Source: Candidatus Cloacimonadales bacterium (GTDB lineage: Bacteria > Cloacimonadota > Cloacimonadia > Cloacimonadales > JAFGVF01). From it: 64,000 nt of DNA. Positions 1-9,862 of the stretch are shown one piece after another. The notes under the pieces are model-generated. The model did no database searches and was not told where the DNA came from. It saw only the letters and a list, made by a program, of their open reading frames with translations. Positions within the stretch are counted from its first letter, which is position 1. The number at the start of each line of letters is the position of its first letter. The stretch is from the NCBI GenBank assembly GCA_963662585.1, contig OY759729.1:160001-224000 (forward strand). The letters are read 5' to 3'. The position numbers and the translations under genes were made by a program.

Positions 1-2
1 TC

Positions 3-1370
3 TATGACCTAATTGCTATTCGCATTCTTACTGCTTCTGTTGAACTTTGCTATCGTGTTTTAGGTATTATTCACTCCCTGTATCAACCAATTAACAACAG
101 ATTTAAAGATTATATTTCTCAACCAAAAGATAATAATTATCAATCCCTTCATACTTTAGTTATCGGTCCAGATGCTAAGAAAATAGAGTTTCAAATCAGA
201 ACTTATGATATGCATCTAGTTGCTGAAGAGGGCATTGCTGCTCATTGGAAATATAAAGAAGATAATATTGATTTGAAGAATAAATTTGTCGAACAAATAA
301 AGAAAATTCGTTCATTTATTACTTTATCGAACTTAGAAGAAGATTTTATTGAGTCTTTTAAAAGCAATTTCTTATCAGATGAAATCATTGTTATTACTCC
401 AGGTGGAGATTATGTTAAGCTTCCTAAAGATAGTACAACCATTGATTTTGCTTTTGCACTCCATACAGAAATAGGTCTAACTTGTACAGGAGCTAAAATT
501 AACTCTGAGTTTGTTCCATTAAGAACTGTCTTAAAAAATGGTGATCTTGTCTCCATCATCTCTTCGCCAAGAGCGACTCCGAGTTATGACTGGTTAAGAA
601 TAGTCAAAACTTCCAAGGCAAAATCAAATATTAAAGCATATTTTAAAAGAAAACTACTTGCAGATTCTATTATTCTTGGAAAAGAGATATTTGATAAAAG
701 AATAAGAAAGAGTCCTTTTAAAATTAAGAAAGAGTGCGATATTTTAGAAATTGCTCACCATTTCAAGCTTCCTAACGCTCAAGAATTTTATGCCAATATT
801 GGTAATGGAAGATTAGATTTTACTGAAGTTATTAGATATTTAGAAGACAAAGCTAACCCAATAGCAAAGCAAGAAATAATTCAAAGTAGTGAAGCCTACG
901 ATTGCAATTCTCATCAGGATACTATATATCTTGATGATATAAATAATTTAATGGTCAATTTTGCTAAGTGTTGCAATCCGCATCCTGGAGATGATATTGT
1001 TGGCTATGTAACTCGTGGTAGAGGGATAACAATACATAAGCAAGATTGTCATAACAAGAATTTTTTGAAAATTAAAGAGAATGAAGCCTATCGTATTTTT
1101 AATATTTCATGGGATAAAGAAAAAATAGTTAGAAAACTTAAGAATATTGATATTTCTGGCTACCATAGTAAAACTATTTTTTATGAATTGGTACAAACAA
1201 TAAATAACTATAATTTAGATATTTTAGAAAATAAATTCACAACAAAAAATAATACTTTTCTTTATGAAATTAGCTTTGATGATCATCATTTTAAGAATCT
1301 GAAAATGATGATCCAAAGTTTAAAGAGAATAGATGGTGTTAATAAGGTTAAGTTTTATGAGAAGAAATAG
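3..1370 (+). CDS. relA: RelA/SpoT (p)ppGpp synthetase/hydrolase, 5'-truncated by window edge
   Basis: Frame is open from base 3 (YDLIAIRIL...FKDYISQPK..YQSLHT...EFQIRT) into AEEGIAAHWKYK, a TGS domain (DFAFALHTEIG) and AKCCNPHPGDDIVGYVTRGRG. Confidence 0.95.
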   Translation, partial: YDLIAIRILTASVELCYRVLGIIHSLYQPINNRFKDYISQPKDNNYQSLHTLVIGPDAKKIEFQIRTYDMHLVAEEGIAAHWKYKEDNIDLKNKFVEQIKKIRSFITLSNLEEDFIESFKSNFLSDEIIVITPGGDYVKLPKDSTTIDFAFALHTEIGLTCTGAKINSEFVPLRTVLKNGDLVSIISSPRATPSYDWLRIVKTSKAKSNIKAYFKRKLLADSIILGKEIFDKRIRKSPFKIKKECDILEIAHHFKLPNAQEFYANIGNGRLDFTEVIRYLEDKANPIAKQEIIQSSEAYDCNSHQDTIYLDDINNLMVNFAKCCNPHPGDDIVGYVTRGRGITIHKQDCHNKNFLKIKENEAYRIFNISWDKEKIVRKLKNIDISGYHSKTIFYELVQTINNYNLDILENKFTTKNNTFLYEISFDDHHFKNLKMMIQSLKRIDGVNKVKFYEKK

Positions 1371-1371
1371 C

Positions 1372-1770
1372 TTATCGATGCGGATTCTTTGTTTGAGCTC
1401 TAAATACTATTATTCCCCCAATGATAGCGATGACAATGATAGAAGCTATTGTTAAAGCAACTAAAGGATGAACAAAGCCTTGACTAAAGATAGGAACACT
1501 CCAACTTCTATCAATTGATTTTTTTTGCCACTTACTCTTGTCAACAGGACCAGGGTCTGTACCAGGTTCTGAAGTATAACCACCAGAATAAGTTTCATAT
1601 TGAATTCCACGGGATTCAAAAGTCTTTTCAAAAAAGTATTCCACAATGAAATAGAGTAGGATAATTCCTAATACAGTAATAGAAAGGTACATTATCCAGC
1701 TAAGAACTTTTTTATAATAAAACCAATTATTTTCTTCTTTAATCATAACATCTCCAAAATTTAGAAACAT
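1372..1770 (-). CDS. Hypothetical two-TM membrane protein (likely start 1746)
   Basis: Two hydrophobic segments; last gene of the minus-strand operon, overlaps the upstream stop. Confidence 0.6.
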   Translation of the reverse strand: MFLNFGDVMIKEENNWFYYKKVLSWIMYLSITVLGIILLYFIVEYFFEKTFESRGIQYETYSGGYTSEPGTDPGPVDKSKWQKKSIDRSWSVPIFSQGFVHPLVALTIASIIVIAIIGGIIVFRAQTKNPHR

Positions 1771-2530
1771 CTTTAATAATGGAATTAATCATATTCAAAT
1801 ATTGCTCGCCAATTCCTGAATAATTAATTAATCCCTCACTTAATAATTCTCCTCGAAGTTCAGAATTAGTCTTGCGTAAATCTCTGCGAATAATCCTGAA
1901 TTTACTATAGGCACTATTAGTATTTAAATTTAACATATATTTCACAACCGAATCATTTATCGTTCTAAAAATAGCAATCTCATGAGTAGCACCTTCATCT
2001 CTAGCTGTCGGTACCAAGCCAGTTCCTACTTTGTAAGTCCAATGTCCAAACATATTATTAGCTTTTTGGGCAAATACAGAGGTTCCCCATCCAGATTCAA
2101 TCGCAGATTGAGTAATTGCTAACTCTTTAGGTATTATATCAACCCTATTTTCCAGTTCATCCCAATCAATATTTTCACTATTAGCAGAGACATCAAGCAG
2201 GTAAACTTTTTCTATGTTATTAATAAAAGTAAGCTCTTCTTGTGTCAATACTTTTTTTAATCTCAACTTTTTTATTTTGTTTCTATTCATTAAAATACTT
2301 CTATTTTCAGTTTCAATAATGAGTGACATAAAGTCAACAAAAAGTCTTTTTCTTGCTTTAATATTTTTTATTGTGGAAAAATCATAAATGTGAGTAGAAT
2401 AATACCTATCAGCTTCATAATCGTATTTCATATAGTCATTAAAAACTATTCTACTCTGTAATGAATGAGATAATCCCCAAAATAAAAGTAATGATATAAT
2501 AAGCTTAGAATTAAAAATATACTCTTTCAT
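1739..2530 (-). CDS. Bax-like glucosaminidase (GH73-type) peptidoglycan hydrolase
   Basis: IIPKELAITQSAIESGWGTSVFAQKANNMFG and YMLNLNTNSAY motifs; N-terminal signal/anchor. Confidence 0.85.
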   Translation of the reverse strand: MKEYIFNSKLIISLLLFWGLSHSLQSRIVFNDYMKYDYEADRYYSTHIYDFSTIKNIKARKRLFVDFMSLIIETENRSILMNRNKIKKLRLKKVLTQEELTFINNIEKVYLLDVSANSENIDWDELENRVDIIPKELAITQSAIESGWGTSVFAQKANNMFGHWTYKVGTGLVPTARDEGATHEIAIFRTINDSVVKYMLNLNTNSAYSKFRIIRRDLRKTNSELRGELLSEGLINYSGIGEQYLNMINSIIKDVSKFWRCYD

Positions 2531-3008
2531 AAAACTTTTGGGTTATTTTGATATTTTGTTGATTAGGGATTTGAACATCTTTGATCAATTTCCAGTTTTT
2601 CAGATTAATCTGGGGAAAATAGACATCACCATCAACCTGGAGATCAATTTCACTAATGATTAATTTACCTGCTAAAGTTAGATATTGCTCGAAAACAGAT
2701 TTGCCACCAATAACAAAAAACTCTTCATCAGGTTTGGCAAGTAATTCAAACATCATCTCCCCAAAACCATGGATTACGCAAGCGCCTGGAATACATGCAC
2801 TTCTGTCTGAAGTCAGAATAAAGTTCTTTCTATTAGCTAGTATTTTACCTATGGAATTGAAAGTTTTCTTACCCATAACTACATTATGTGTGCTTGTGAT
2901 TTCTTTAAATTGTGCCAGTTCTTCAGGAATATGCCATGGCATCTTATTATCTTTACCAATCACGCCATTTTTAGCTATTGCAACGATGATAGTAACATTA
3001 CTTTTCAC
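2511..3008 (-). CDS. folA: Dihydrofolate reductase
   Basis: IVAIAKNGVIGKDNKMPWHIPEEL, VVMGKKTF, VIGG, GDVYFP. Confidence 0.97.
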   Translation of the reverse strand: MKSNVTIIVAIAKNGVIGKDNKMPWHIPEELAQFKEITSTHNVVMGKKTFNSIGKILANRKNFILTSDRSACIPGACVIHGFGEMMFELLAKPDEEFFVIGGKSVFEQYLTLAGKLIISEIDLQVDGDVYFPQINLKNWKLIKDVQIPNQQNIKITQKFYERVYF

Positions 3009-3573
3009 TTTTCACCTCTTGAGCTTTATTATTCTGAACCTGTACGGCGCTCACAATTATAGTACTCATAAATTCATCATACTTAGCATTAACAGCTAAT
3101 TCACCAATACTGTTTAAAATCTCCATCATATTCTTAAATACTAGCATTAAGTTATATTGTCTATTTTTGTTATTTGCATCAATATATGTTAAAATTACGA
3201 ATCTTTTTTTGCTTTTACTCATGGTTATTTTTGTGATTCCTTCAAAAGGGATCTCACGAGTTAAACCAATAAGGGATTTAGCAATTAACTTATCTTTGGT
3301 TAATGTCAGCTTATGAATGTTAAAAAGATTTTGAAAAATAGTGTTTATCCCAGCAAAGAAAATTATTATAGGAATAAATTTAGCAACCATAGTAGCATCA
3401 GGAGCTGTAGCTACTTTGGTGAATAAATAATAAAAAGCATAAATACAAACCAGAATAGCAAAAAGCAATATTATTAGTCGAGTTGTTAAACTAAAATAAT
3501 AGGAGCGTGGCAGTCCTTTCTTTTGATTAATATTAAGTAATTCTTCAGGATCAAATAGTTTTTGATTAGACAT
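2998..3573 (-). CDS. Hypothetical membrane protein (2 TM plus soluble C-terminal domain)
   Basis: Overlaps both neighbours; two TM helices. Confidence 0.7.
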   Translation of the reverse strand: MSNQKLFDPEELLNINQKKGLPRSYYFSLTTRLIILLFAILVCIYAFYYLFTKVATAPDATMVAKFIPIIIFFAGINTIFQNLFNIHKLTLTKDKLIAKSLIGLTREIPFEGITKITMSKSKKRFVILTYIDANNKNRQYNLMLVFKNMMEILNSIGELAVNAKYDEFMSTIIVSAVQVQNNKAQEVKSEK

Positions 3574-4405
3574 TATCTACCTCTACTTTGAGTTTTAGAA
3601 CCTTGTTGATACTAGCGAACATTTTAACATTTCCTTGATAGCATCCCATATCTTCTCTTTTACCATAACCATGAAAATCACTTCCACCTGTACACACAAG
3701 GTTTAGGTCTCTACATAGAGTCTCTAATCTTCTGATTTGGGAGGGTGAATGATCATAATAGTAAGTTTCTACCCCATCGATACCTTTCTTTTTAAAATAG
3801 TGAATATCTTCAATATTTATTGATTTAAAGGGATGAGCGATTATCGCAAAACCATCTGCATCGTGAATAGCATTAATAACTTCTTCAGGCCCAACATCTA
3901 GTTTTGGTACATAAGCAAATCCTTGATCACCAATATAACGATCAAATGCTTGTTGCTGATGTGATACTACTCCTTTATTAACTAAGGCTTGAGCAATATG
4001 TGGTCGCCCCACAATATTTTCATTCCCGACCAAAGCGTGTACTTCAGAATATTCTATATCTATATTATTTTCCTGTAAAATCGAGATTATTTTTTTAGCT
4101 CTAATAATTCTAGAGTTTTTAATCTTATTTAAAAGATTAAGTAATTTGCTGTTTGAATAATCAATTTCATAACCAAGGATATGAACCTCTCTTCCAGCAT
4201 GTCTGCAGGAAATCTCAGTACCTTTGATAACTCTCATCTCTTTATAATAATCTTGTTGGAACTCCTGAAAAGCATCTACAGTATCATGATCAGTAATAGC
4301 TATTGTTCTAAAGCCTTTTTGATAATAACCCTCTAAGACTTCAGAAAGAGTAAAAATCCCATCAGAGGCAGTTGTATGAATATGTAAATCGATATAGTTA
4401 TTCAT
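3566..4405 (-). CDS. PHP-domain phosphoesterase (TrpH/YciV family)
   Basis: DLHIHTTASDG, AITDHDT, EVHILGY, GRPHIA, IAHP, TGGSDFHG; ATG 4405 chosen over upstream TTG 4429. Confidence 0.92.
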   Translation of the reverse strand: MNNYIDLHIHTTASDGIFTLSEVLEGYYQKGFRTIAITDHDTVDAFQEFQQDYYKEMRVIKGTEISCRHAGREVHILGYEIDYSNSKLLNLLNKIKNSRIIRAKKIISILQENNIDIEYSEVHALVGNENIVGRPHIAQALVNKGVVSHQQQAFDRYIGDQGFAYVPKLDVGPEEVINAIHDADGFAIIAHPFKSINIEDIHYFKKKGIDGVETYYYDHSPSQIRRLETLCRDLNLVCTGGSDFHGYGKREDMGCYQGNVKMFASINKVLKLKVEVDNV

Positions 4406-5033
4406 AAGATATTTTCTTCCTCTCAACAAGTATATGTTTCAATCTTGAAGTTATCATATCTATAGCTATTTTATTCTGTCCCCCTTCAGGAACAATGATA
4501 TCTGCATAACGCTTAGTAGGTTCAACAAACCTTATGTGCATTGGCCTAACCATTGCCCTATAACGGGTAATAATAGATTCTAAAGATCTTCCTCTTTCAG
4601 CCATATCTCTCTCTATTCTTCTTAAAATTCTAATGTCAGAATCTGTATCTACATAAATTTTAATGTCGAGAAGTTTGCGTAATTCTTCGTTTTCAAAAAT
4701 GAGTATCCCTTCAATAGCTATGATAGAATTAGGATAGACCTTTATAGTTTCTGATAATCGGCTATGAGTTTTAAAATCATAAATTGGTTGATTAACAGGT
4801 ACTGAATCTTTTAAAGCACGAACATGATTGATAAGTAATTCACTGTCAATCGCACTTGGGTGATCATAATTAATACCGTTTTTTTGTTCAAAGCTAAGTT
4901 CAGAAAAATCTTTGTAGTAAGCATCTTGCGGAATTACAGTAATATGATCTGAAATGCTCTCTTGAATAGCATTTGTAATACATGTTTTTCCTGAGCCAGT
5001 TCCTCCGGCAATTCCTATAATTATAGGATTCAT
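4398..5033 (-). CDS. udk: Uridine kinase
   Basis: GIAGGTGSGKT, QDAYYKD, NYDHPSA, FVEPTKRYADIIVPEGG; probable start MNPIII at 5033 (ORF open to 5054). Confidence 0.96.
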   Translation of the reverse strand: MNPIIIGIAGGTGSGKTCITNAIQESISDHITVIPQDAYYKDFSELSFEQKNGINYDHPSAIDSELLINHVRALKDSVPVNQPIYDFKTHSRLSETIKVYPNSIIAIEGILIFENEELRKLLDIKIYVDTDSDIRILRRIERDMAERGRSLESIITRYRAMVRPMHIRFVEPTKRYADIIVPEGGQNKIAIDMITSRLKHILVERKKISYE

Positions 5034-5041
5034 AATTCTCC

Positions 5042-6151
5042 TTAATTCTTCCATTTATATTTCATAATAGCACCTCTAAGAGCAAAGACTAAGAAAATCA
5101 TTACATACAAAAGTGTAAAGATGAAATAATAAAGTATATATTTTTGTTTTTTTATTTTAATACAAAATAGACTCATCATTATCAATTCAGAAATAACTCT
5201 TATTCCGAACAAAATTAAAAATGAGCTTAGGTAATGATAATTGAAAGGTAGCAGACAGGCAAAGACAAGAAAAAAAATGTAATATAAAAATACCAAACTG
5301 CTAAAAAGTTTTAAGGCTAGTGGGTAATATTTGAACTTTGAAGCCCGGCGAGTGTTTAAGTTAATATGAGATTGAAGAGTCTCTTTTTCCAATGTTATAA
5401 CTGAAGCTTCAGAAGTAAAAAGATATTTCTTTTTTCTCAGGTGAACCCAGAGATTAAATAATTGGAGATCATCATCTCCTGATTTAATATTTTTATAGCG
5501 ACCAAAGCCATTTGCCTTTAGATAAGCACTTTTTCTATATGACATATTGGAAGCCGAAGCTGTCATTGGTGTTCCGTTTCCTAAACCACTTGCAGCAATC
5601 ACGCGATAGAGAATTGCTTCAAAAGTTTTTAATCTGTTGGTAAGAGTTTTCTTTTGAAACTGAACATGAGTATAAGCTAAAATATAATCTGTATCATCAT
5701 CATAAGCTTTGGCAAAGGTCTCTATCCACTTGGGATTAGCTATACAATCTGAATCAGTAAAAAGTAGGATATCATGACTAGCATGTTCTATCCCTTTAGC
5801 AATAGCATACTTTTTACCATTTCTTCTTCCCTTATCTGGTAATTGCAAGAGCCTTAAATCAAGCTGAGAAGTTTTAGCAAAATCACTAATAAGTTGGTAT
5901 GTTTTATCATAGCTTCTATCATCTACGATTATTACTTCAAAAAGATTCTTGGGGTAACTTTGATTTTCTAATGATACTAGTAATTTATGAACATTTTTCT
6001 CTTCATTACGGGCTGCAATGATTACCGAGACTTTCTTTCTAAGACTAGATGTAATCTTGCTTTTAGGAATTATTCGTAAAAGTCCTATAATCAGGTAACT
6101 AATAGCTCCGATATATAAAATACTAAAAACTATGAAACTTATTAATGTCAT
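5042..6151 (-). CDS. Membrane glycosyltransferase family 2
   Basis: VSVIIAARNEE, VDDRSYD, GKKYA, FTDSDC, SGDDDL; N- and C-terminal TMs. Confidence 0.92.
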   Translation of the reverse strand: MTLISFIVFSILYIGAISYLIIGLLRIIPKSKITSSLRKKVSVIIAARNEEKNVHKLLVSLENQSYPKNLFEVIIVDDRSYDKTYQLISDFAKTSQLDLRLLQLPDKGRRNGKKYAIAKGIEHASHDILLFTDSDCIANPKWIETFAKAYDDDTDYILAYTHVQFQKKTLTNRLKTFEAILYRVIAASGLGNGTPMTASASNMSYRKSAYLKANGFGRYKNIKSGDDDLQLFNLWVHLRKKKYLFTSEASVITLEKETLQSHINLNTRRASKFKYYPLALKLFSSLVFLYYIFFLVFACLLPFNYHYLSSFLILFGIRVISELIMMSLFCIKIKKQKYILYYFIFTLLYVMIFLVFALRGAIMKYKWKN

Positions 6152-7935
6152 CTGAGATCTTTATTACTTTTAATCCGATTTATAATCTTAGATTTAGTAT
6201 CTTTAATAAATTTTGCTAATTCTGGGATATCTTCTTGTAAAGCTTCCATTGTTAACTCTTTTTCTTCCTTAGCTTGGATATCAGTAAAATCTACATCAAA
6301 ATTCAAACTCTTTTGGAAAAAATCACTTAAATAGCTATTTAGTTTCTCTTTATTCTTAGCTAATATTTCTTCAGTCATCTTCTTATCTGTTGAGACTTTG
6401 ATAAATCTGTTAGAAACACTAGTAATTGTTACATAATTAAGCATACTAGCTAATATACTGTCTTTCTTAGAAATAAGTTTAATACAGCTATCCCAATGTT
6501 TATTAACAAACTCTATATCTAAATCTCCAACTGATTCTTTGACTGCTTCAATCGAAGGAGTTTGCTCTTTAGGAGCCTTTTCAACCATAGTTTCCTTAGG
6601 TTTGGAATTAAACTCTTCATCAAATCTTTCTTTTAATGAATTCTTTTTTACAGGAAGGTCTTTAGCTGTTACTGCATTAATTACTTTGTTCTCAGGAAGA
6701 GAATGTGTCTTCTCAACATTTTGTGGTCTATTAATAGCTTCATTAGTCGGTGAGTTTGTAAATTGGTGAGGATTAATCCTTGCTTGCTGACTGTTTACTT
6801 CTTTTTTAACAATGATAGGTTGGATAGGATTATTTACTGAGTCAATATCAACAAGATCCTTAATCTTAGATAATTTAATCAATACTATTTCTAGCAATAT
6901 CGCTGGATTATCTCCAGATTTCATATCAACTTTTGTTTTCATCAATATAGATATTATATAGAGAAGATCTTGATCATCAAATTTTGAACATACACTTTTA
7001 ATCGCTTGGTACTGAGCCTTAGATACTTCCCCGGTCTCGACATCATAAAATGATAAAAGACATAATCTAAGATAATCTAAGAAACCATTAACTATCTCAA
7101 TAATATCATTTCCCATTTCAATTATTGAGTGTAAATTTCTAATAACTTCAGCAGAATTACCAGAGTTAATAGATGATAATATTCTTTCATAGACTTCAAA
7201 GGGAAGAATACCAAATACTTCTCTAACAATTGCTTCTCCTATTATCTCTTTTCCTGTAGATATAACTTGGTCCATTAAAGAAAGAGCATCTCTCATCCCT
7301 CCATCAGCTTTTTTAGCAATCTGGAAAAGTGCCTCCTCTTCATACTGAAGATTCTCTTGTTGGCAGATGTTTTTGAGATTTTTTACAATCAGCTCTATAG
7401 GGATTCTTTTGAAATCAAATCTTTGACATCTAGAAATAATTGTTGGAATAACTTTATGAGGTTCAGTAGTAGCAAAAATAAAAATTACATTTTCTGGAGG
7501 CTCTTCTAATGTCTTCAAGAGAGCATTAAAAGCATTTTTAGAAAGCATGTGGACTTCATCAATAATGTATATTTTATATTGTGCTGAGTTTGTTGTATAG
7601 AGTAAATCCCTCTGTAACTCTCTAATATCATCAACACCTGTATTAGAGGCACCATCTATCTCAACAACATCTGTTGAGGTTCCGTTTGTAATTTCTAAAC
7701 AAGTTGAACAGTGATTACACGGATGGCCTTTCTTACCTTCTTGGCAATTAAGACTTTTGGCTAAAATCCTAGCCATTGAAGTTTTCCCTACGCCACGAGG
7801 TCCGCTAAAGAGATAAGCATGAGCTATTCTATCTTGCTCTAAGGCATTAATTAATATCTTAGTTACATGGTCTTGGGCATAAACATCAACAAATGTTTGG
7901 GGTCTATATTTTCTGGCTAATACTATATATGACAT
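6148..7935 (-). CDS. dnaX: DNA polymerase III subunit gamma/tau
   Basis: LARKYRPQTF, GPRGVGKTS, zinc cysteines, IIDEVHMLS, SRCQRFDF. Confidence 0.98.
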   Translation of the reverse strand: MSYIVLARKYRPQTFVDVYAQDHVTKILINALEQDRIAHAYLFSGPRGVGKTSMARILAKSLNCQEGKKGHPCNHCSTCLEITNGTSTDVVEIDGASNTGVDDIRELQRDLLYTTNSAQYKIYIIDEVHMLSKNAFNALLKTLEEPPENVIFIFATTEPHKVIPTIISRCQRFDFKRIPIELIVKNLKNICQQENLQYEEEALFQIAKKADGGMRDALSLMDQVISTGKEIIGEAIVREVFGILPFEVYERILSSINSGNSAEVIRNLHSIIEMGNDIIEIVNGFLDYLRLCLLSFYDVETGEVSKAQYQAIKSVCSKFDDQDLLYIISILMKTKVDMKSGDNPAILLEIVLIKLSKIKDLVDIDSVNNPIQPIIVKKEVNSQQARINPHQFTNSPTNEAINRPQNVEKTHSLPENKVINAVTAKDLPVKKNSLKERFDEEFNSKPKETMVEKAPKEQTPSIEAVKESVGDLDIEFVNKHWDSCIKLISKKDSILASMLNYVTITSVSNRFIKVSTDKKMTEEILAKNKEKLNSYLSDFFQKSLNFDVDFTDIQAKEEKELTMEALQEDIPELAKFIKDTKSKIINRIKSNKDLR

Positions 7936-7942
7936 ATTATCC

Positions 7943-9862
7943 TCATATCAATTCTTTATTCGTTAAAACTCTAAAATCTTCTTTTCTTTGAGTAATACCC
8001 ATTTTATCAAACAACTCTAAAAAGTAAAGAGCAATTTTCCTATTAGTTTCTAGTAAATCCCTAAATTCTGATATTCTAAACTCTTGCTTACCTATTTTTT
8101 CTCTCATTAGTAAATGAATTTCTTTTAATATCGATAAGCTTAGATAGATATTGTCATAAAAAATAATTTTATTCTCTTCTATTAATGAATTTAAGATAGA
8201 ATTAATCTCTTGTGATTTAAGAGAATACTTCTTCTTAAAATCATCTTTACTTGCATCTTCAGGAATATTAAATCCATAAGAATCAATCTGCTTAAGTATA
8301 GTATCTTTAAGCCTCACTAAAGTAGTATTAGCTTCTGGATTATGTTCAGGAATTATAAAAGAATTATTAGATTCTTTCAAAAGCCCTGAAAGCACCATAT
8401 CTTCTAAGATTATCATTATACTATTTTTAGTTAAACTCTCTTTTGATAAGGTTAAATATTTACTTATATCACTGAGAGTTAACCCTCTATTACTTAGGCT
8501 ATTATTAAGGAGATGTCGCCTTACTATGGTTATTATTTCTTTGTGAATTTTAGTTAAATGAGAATGTAAGATATAGATATCTACATTTTCTTGTTTAATA
8601 ATTGCTATCTGATCAGCAAGAGAATTAAGTAACGCTTCAACAGTTTGCTGATTTATATTTAGCTTTCTACTGAGTTCATAGCTATTGATAATATCAAGAC
8701 TCTTTTCGATTTCATTTACTAAAACAAGTTTTAACTCACTTGAAGCTAAACGGTTAAGTTTTTCTATTAATTCTTGGGGTCGTTTTCGATGTTTAAGTGG
8801 GAAAGCATCAATTATAGTGCCACCACCTATGGTATAGTTGTTAGAAGTGTCACGCAGAATATACTTATCATTATAGTAGAATATTCCAGCTACATCTAAA
8901 GTAATTTGAATTATTGCTTTATTTCCTGCTTCTAATTCGTCACAATCAATTAAATGAATCTTTGCTTTACTTTTGAAGGTTCCCGAAAGAAATATTGCCG
9001 TTGTCCAGAGTTTAAGTTCTTTATTAGAAAAGTTTTCTAAGATACAATCTATCATAGTACTCTGTTCTCGGTCAGCATTAGTAATCAGCATCCCTCTCTT
9101 AAAGTCTCCTCTTTTCATTCCTACAATGTTTAGAGAAGCTCTATCTCCAGCTTTTACTTCAAAAACTTCATTATGAAACTTTTGCATACCTCTAATTCTC
9201 AAAGTTTTATTTCCAGGAAGTATTTGAACAGAATCTTCTTTGCTTAGCTTTCCACTTAGAACAGAACCATTAACTATTGTACCATGTCCTTCCGAAGTGA
9301 ATATTCTATCAACGAACATCCTAAATATCACCCCAAGATCTCTTTCATCTGTTTTCTCTATCTGCCTGATAATTTCTTCTTTAATTTCTTCTAGTCCAGC
9401 CCCAGTTTTATTGGATACATTTATAATTGGACAGTTTTCCAAGAAAGTACCTTCAGTGAACTCTTCAATCTCAGATTTAGCTAATTCTATCAGCTCAGCA
9501 TCAACTAGATCTGTTTTAGTAAGAGCAATAAAACCTGATTTTATCTTAAGTAGTTGCATGATTTTAAGATGTTCTACTGTCTGAGGCATTATACCGCTAT
9601 CAGCAGAAATCACTAACATCACAAAATCTATTCCAGAAGCACCAGCTATCATTGTATTCACGAAATCTTTGTGCCCAGGTACATCAATAATACCTACTTG
9701 ATGTTCAGAGTCAAATGCAATATGTGTAAAGCCCAGATGGATAGTTATCCCTCTATTTTGTTCTTCAGTATGAGTGTCACAATCAAAGCCAGTTAAAGCT
9801 CTTACTAAAGAAGTTTTGCCGTGATCAACATGTCCTGCCGTACCTAAAATTAGATGTTTCAT
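7943..9862 (-). CDS. selB: Selenocysteine-specific elongation factor
   Basis: GTAGHVDHGKTSL, RGITIHLGF, DVPGHKDFV; C-terminal winged helix (NRKIALYFLELFD); adjacent to selA. Confidence 0.97.
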   Translation of the reverse strand: MKHLILGTAGHVDHGKTSLVRALTGFDCDTHTEEQNRGITIHLGFTHIAFDSEHQVGIIDVPGHKDFVNTMIAGASGIDFVMLVISADSGIMPQTVEHLKIMQLLKIKSGFIALTKTDLVDAELIELAKSEIEEFTEGTFLENCPIINVSNKTGAGLEEIKEEIIRQIEKTDERDLGVIFRMFVDRIFTSEGHGTIVNGSVLSGKLSKEDSVQILPGNKTLRIRGMQKFHNEVFEVKAGDRASLNIVGMKRGDFKRGMLITNADREQSTMIDCILENFSNKELKLWTTAIFLSGTFKSKAKIHLIDCDELEAGNKAIIQITLDVAGIFYYNDKYILRDTSNNYTIGGGTIIDAFPLKHRKRPQELIEKLNRLASSELKLVLVNEIEKSLDIINSYELSRKLNINQQTVEALLNSLADQIAIIKQENVDIYILHSHLTKIHKEIITIVRRHLLNNSLSNRGLTLSDISKYLTLSKESLTKNSIMIILEDMVLSGLLKESNNSFIIPEHNPEANTTLVRLKDTILKQIDSYGFNIPEDASKDDFKKKYSLKSQEINSILNSLIEENKIIFYDNIYLSLSILKEIHLLMREKIGKQEFRISEFRDLLETNRKIALYFLELFDKMGITQRKEDFRVLTNKELI

